DNA of 64,000 bases from positions 41,106,001-41,170,000 of the forward strand of contig CM060733.1 of NCBI GenBank assembly GCA_030704615.1. The letters are read 5' to 3'. The notes under the pieces are model-generated. The model was not told the DNA's origin. It saw nothing but the letters and a program-made list of their open reading frames with translations, and did no database searches. Position 1 is the stretch's first letter. Every line of letters starts with the position of its first letter. The position numbers and the translations under genes are program-made. Below, piece by piece: positions 63,991-64,000 of this stretch. This DNA comes from Takakia lepidozioides (lineage: Eukaryota; Plantae; Bryophyta).

Positions 63991-64000
63991 TCGATCAGCA

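Overview
This is eukaryotic nuclear DNA from a land plant, probably non-angiosperm (bryophyte/lycophyte/fern-like). The basis is GT-AG introns, many PLS-class PPR fragments and a plastid peptidoglycan PBP gene. Three apparently intact spliced genes lie on the minus strand: copper chaperone for SOD (CCS, 8043-11429), a PMEI-PME pectin methylesterase (12752-15557) and a class A penicillin-binding protein (22946-33058). The rest is nested mobile DNA and gene fragments: PPR and JmjC pseudogene fragments, an intronless HAD (CbbY-like) retrocopy, two L1 LINE remnants, a hAT MITE with an 8-bp TSD, and an intron-containing Crypton/DUF3504-like tyrosine recombinase. A complete non-autonomous CACTA element (41568-50889, TSD ATT) carries PPR fragments and hosts a chromovirus, whose 5' LTR was later split by a ~1-kb inversion. 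There is also a gag-protease element with an extra ORF and a copia remnant. The most notable system is a Gypsy family with ~85-bp LTRs whose integrase ends in a PHD finger (two copies). The right-hand copy is co-oriented, across an assembly gap, with a degenerate DNMT3-like cytosine methyltransferase, suggesting a retrotransposon carrying both a chromatin reader and a DNA-methylation writer. All coordinates were read by eye; exon and element boundaries may be off by a few bases.
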